Shown here piece by piece: positions 62,870 through 64,000 of a stretch of DNA of 64,000 nucleotides. The notes under the pieces were generated by a model. It had not been told where the DNA came from and made no database searches. It saw only the letters and a list, made by a program, of their open reading frames with translations. The DNA is from an uncultured candidate division Zixibacteria bacterium (GTDB taxonomy: Bacteria; Zixibacteria; MSB-5A5; GN15; FEB-12). The stretch lies in assembly GCA_963664195.1 (NCBI GenBank), contig OY760907.1, forward strand, positions 2,624,001 through 2,688,000, written 5' to 3'. Position numbers and translations under genes: made by a program. The stretch's first letter is position 1. Each line of letters opens with the position of its first letter.

Positions 62870-63688
62870 ATGTCGGATTGTCTGTTCTTTAACCATTACG
62901 CCGCCGATCCGTATTTCAATATGGCTTTCGACGAGTGGATGCTTGGTTGTGCACTTGCCGCCCCCGGGGCCATGATGCTGCGACTCTATACGTGGCGAGT
63001 CGGCACGATTACTTTCGGAGTGAACCAACGCGAGGATACCGCTCTAGATTTCTCTAAGACCGGTGACACGCCGGTAATTCGACGTATTACCGGAGGGCGC
63101 GCAGTCTACCACGATATCTCGGAACTGACCTACTCGATTGTGGTCAATCCGTTCAGGCGCGACAGAGAGAAGCTCGCCGGCTCGGTGTCGACCACGTACC
63201 GCGCGATTGCCGAGGCCCTGCGGGGATTCTTGGGCGAACTGGGCCTGGCGTCAGAATTGGTTGCTCGTTCATCGCCTGAGAATGCACACCCCCACGTTTT
63301 TCACAAAGCCCCCTGCTTCGAATCGGTTGCCCGCAACGAGTTGGTGAGCGGGGGAGAGAAGATTGTCGCCTCGGCCCAGCGTCAGGTGAAAGGGGTGATT
63401 CTCCAGCACGGATCAATCAAACTCACCGGCCTCGCCAGTCATCCTGCTCTGAATGGCATTGATACTGATGAGGCCGCGCCCCCGCAAGTGCTTACGAAAG
63501 AGCGATTTGATGACCTGGCCTCACGGTTCCCGGGCGCAGTAGGGAGCGGACTGGGCGTGACCTTCACGGCCGCAGAGGTCTCCGGTGACTGTGTGAAGGC
63601 GGTGAATACGCTCGCACAGGCGGTCTCAGGAAATTCTCTTTTGCGCCGTGATATAGTTAAACAAACCAGTTTGCCAAACGGTCTATAA
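62870..63688 (+). CDS. Lipoate-protein ligase/octanoyltransferase (LplA/LipM family)
   Basis: NMAFDE, LRLYTW, RRITGGRAVYH, KIVASAQ, QHGS. Confidence 0.85.
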   Translation: MSDCLFFNHYAADPYFNMAFDEWMLGCALAAPGAMMLRLYTWRVGTITFGVNQREDTALDFSKTGDTPVIRRITGGRAVYHDISELTYSIVVNPFRRDREKLAGSVSTTYRAIAEALRGFLGELGLASELVARSSPENAHPHVFHKAPCFESVARNELVSGGEKIVASAQRQVKGVILQHGSIKLTGLASHPALNGIDTDEAAPPQVLTKERFDDLASRFPGAVGSGLGVTFTAAEVSGDCVKAVNTLAQAVSGNSLLRRDIVKQTSLPNGL

Positions 63689-63984
63689 CGTAGCGGCTTA
63701 GAAGGGCAATTCGGGAAGAATTCGCTTGACTTGCCGCCCCTTGAAGGCCTATCTTCGGCCTTATTCGGAAGTGTGTGTTGCTGCTATTTGGTATGCGACG
63801 GTTGATAGGTTTGGGAGAGTGACGCGTGCGGTAAGTCGTTGATTACCCGCTGCTGACACCTTTCCCTGAAAGCTTTAAACAGAAGTGCACCGCGATATGT
63901 CGGGGTGCATTTGGATGTGGAACATTGAGTTGCACGTTCTGACAACGTGATGATCGAGTTTCGATTTCTCGAGGAGGAAACGCA

Positions 63985-64000
63985 ATGGTTGGGATAAGCA
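63985..64000 (+). CDS. Start of next gene (truncated)
   Basis: RBS gaggagg then ATG GTT GGG ATA AGC. Confidence 0.45.

Overview
64 kb of a GC-rich diderm bacterium. Dockerin-repeat proteins, PorV-like, LptE and many beta-barrel genes point to an FCB-associated lineage such as Zixibacteria (inference). It holds dnaJ-like(3' end)-clpB (1-nt frameshift), an archaeal-type HMG-CoA synthase/thiolase/DUF35 operon, an AtuA-led methylcrotonyl-CoA carboxylase (liu-like) operon with no HMG-CoA lyase in the window, thiolase-hbd-2x acyl-CoA dehydrogenase, ilvE/rpiB/bioY, a solute-symporter hybrid kinase, a small alarmone synthetase, hutU/hutI, aspS-phoH-7TM-HD-ybeY-corC, and a lipoate ligase. Intergenic DNA in the first 31 kb carries three palindromic repeat families. 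One family (core GAGCYTGTCGAAG) brackets, in inverted pairs, a GIY-YIG nuclease gene, an orphan gene and a foreign-looking TIGR04141-like gene, suggesting a nuclease-driven REP/cassette system. The other top candidate novel system is a small secreted peptide gene (signal peptide-GEHPWD, acidic) directly upstream of a receiver-less TPR-GAF-sigma54 activator, resembling peptide signalling wired to sigma54. Family names come from motif recognition, not database searches. No rRNA, tRNA or CRISPR array was recognised.
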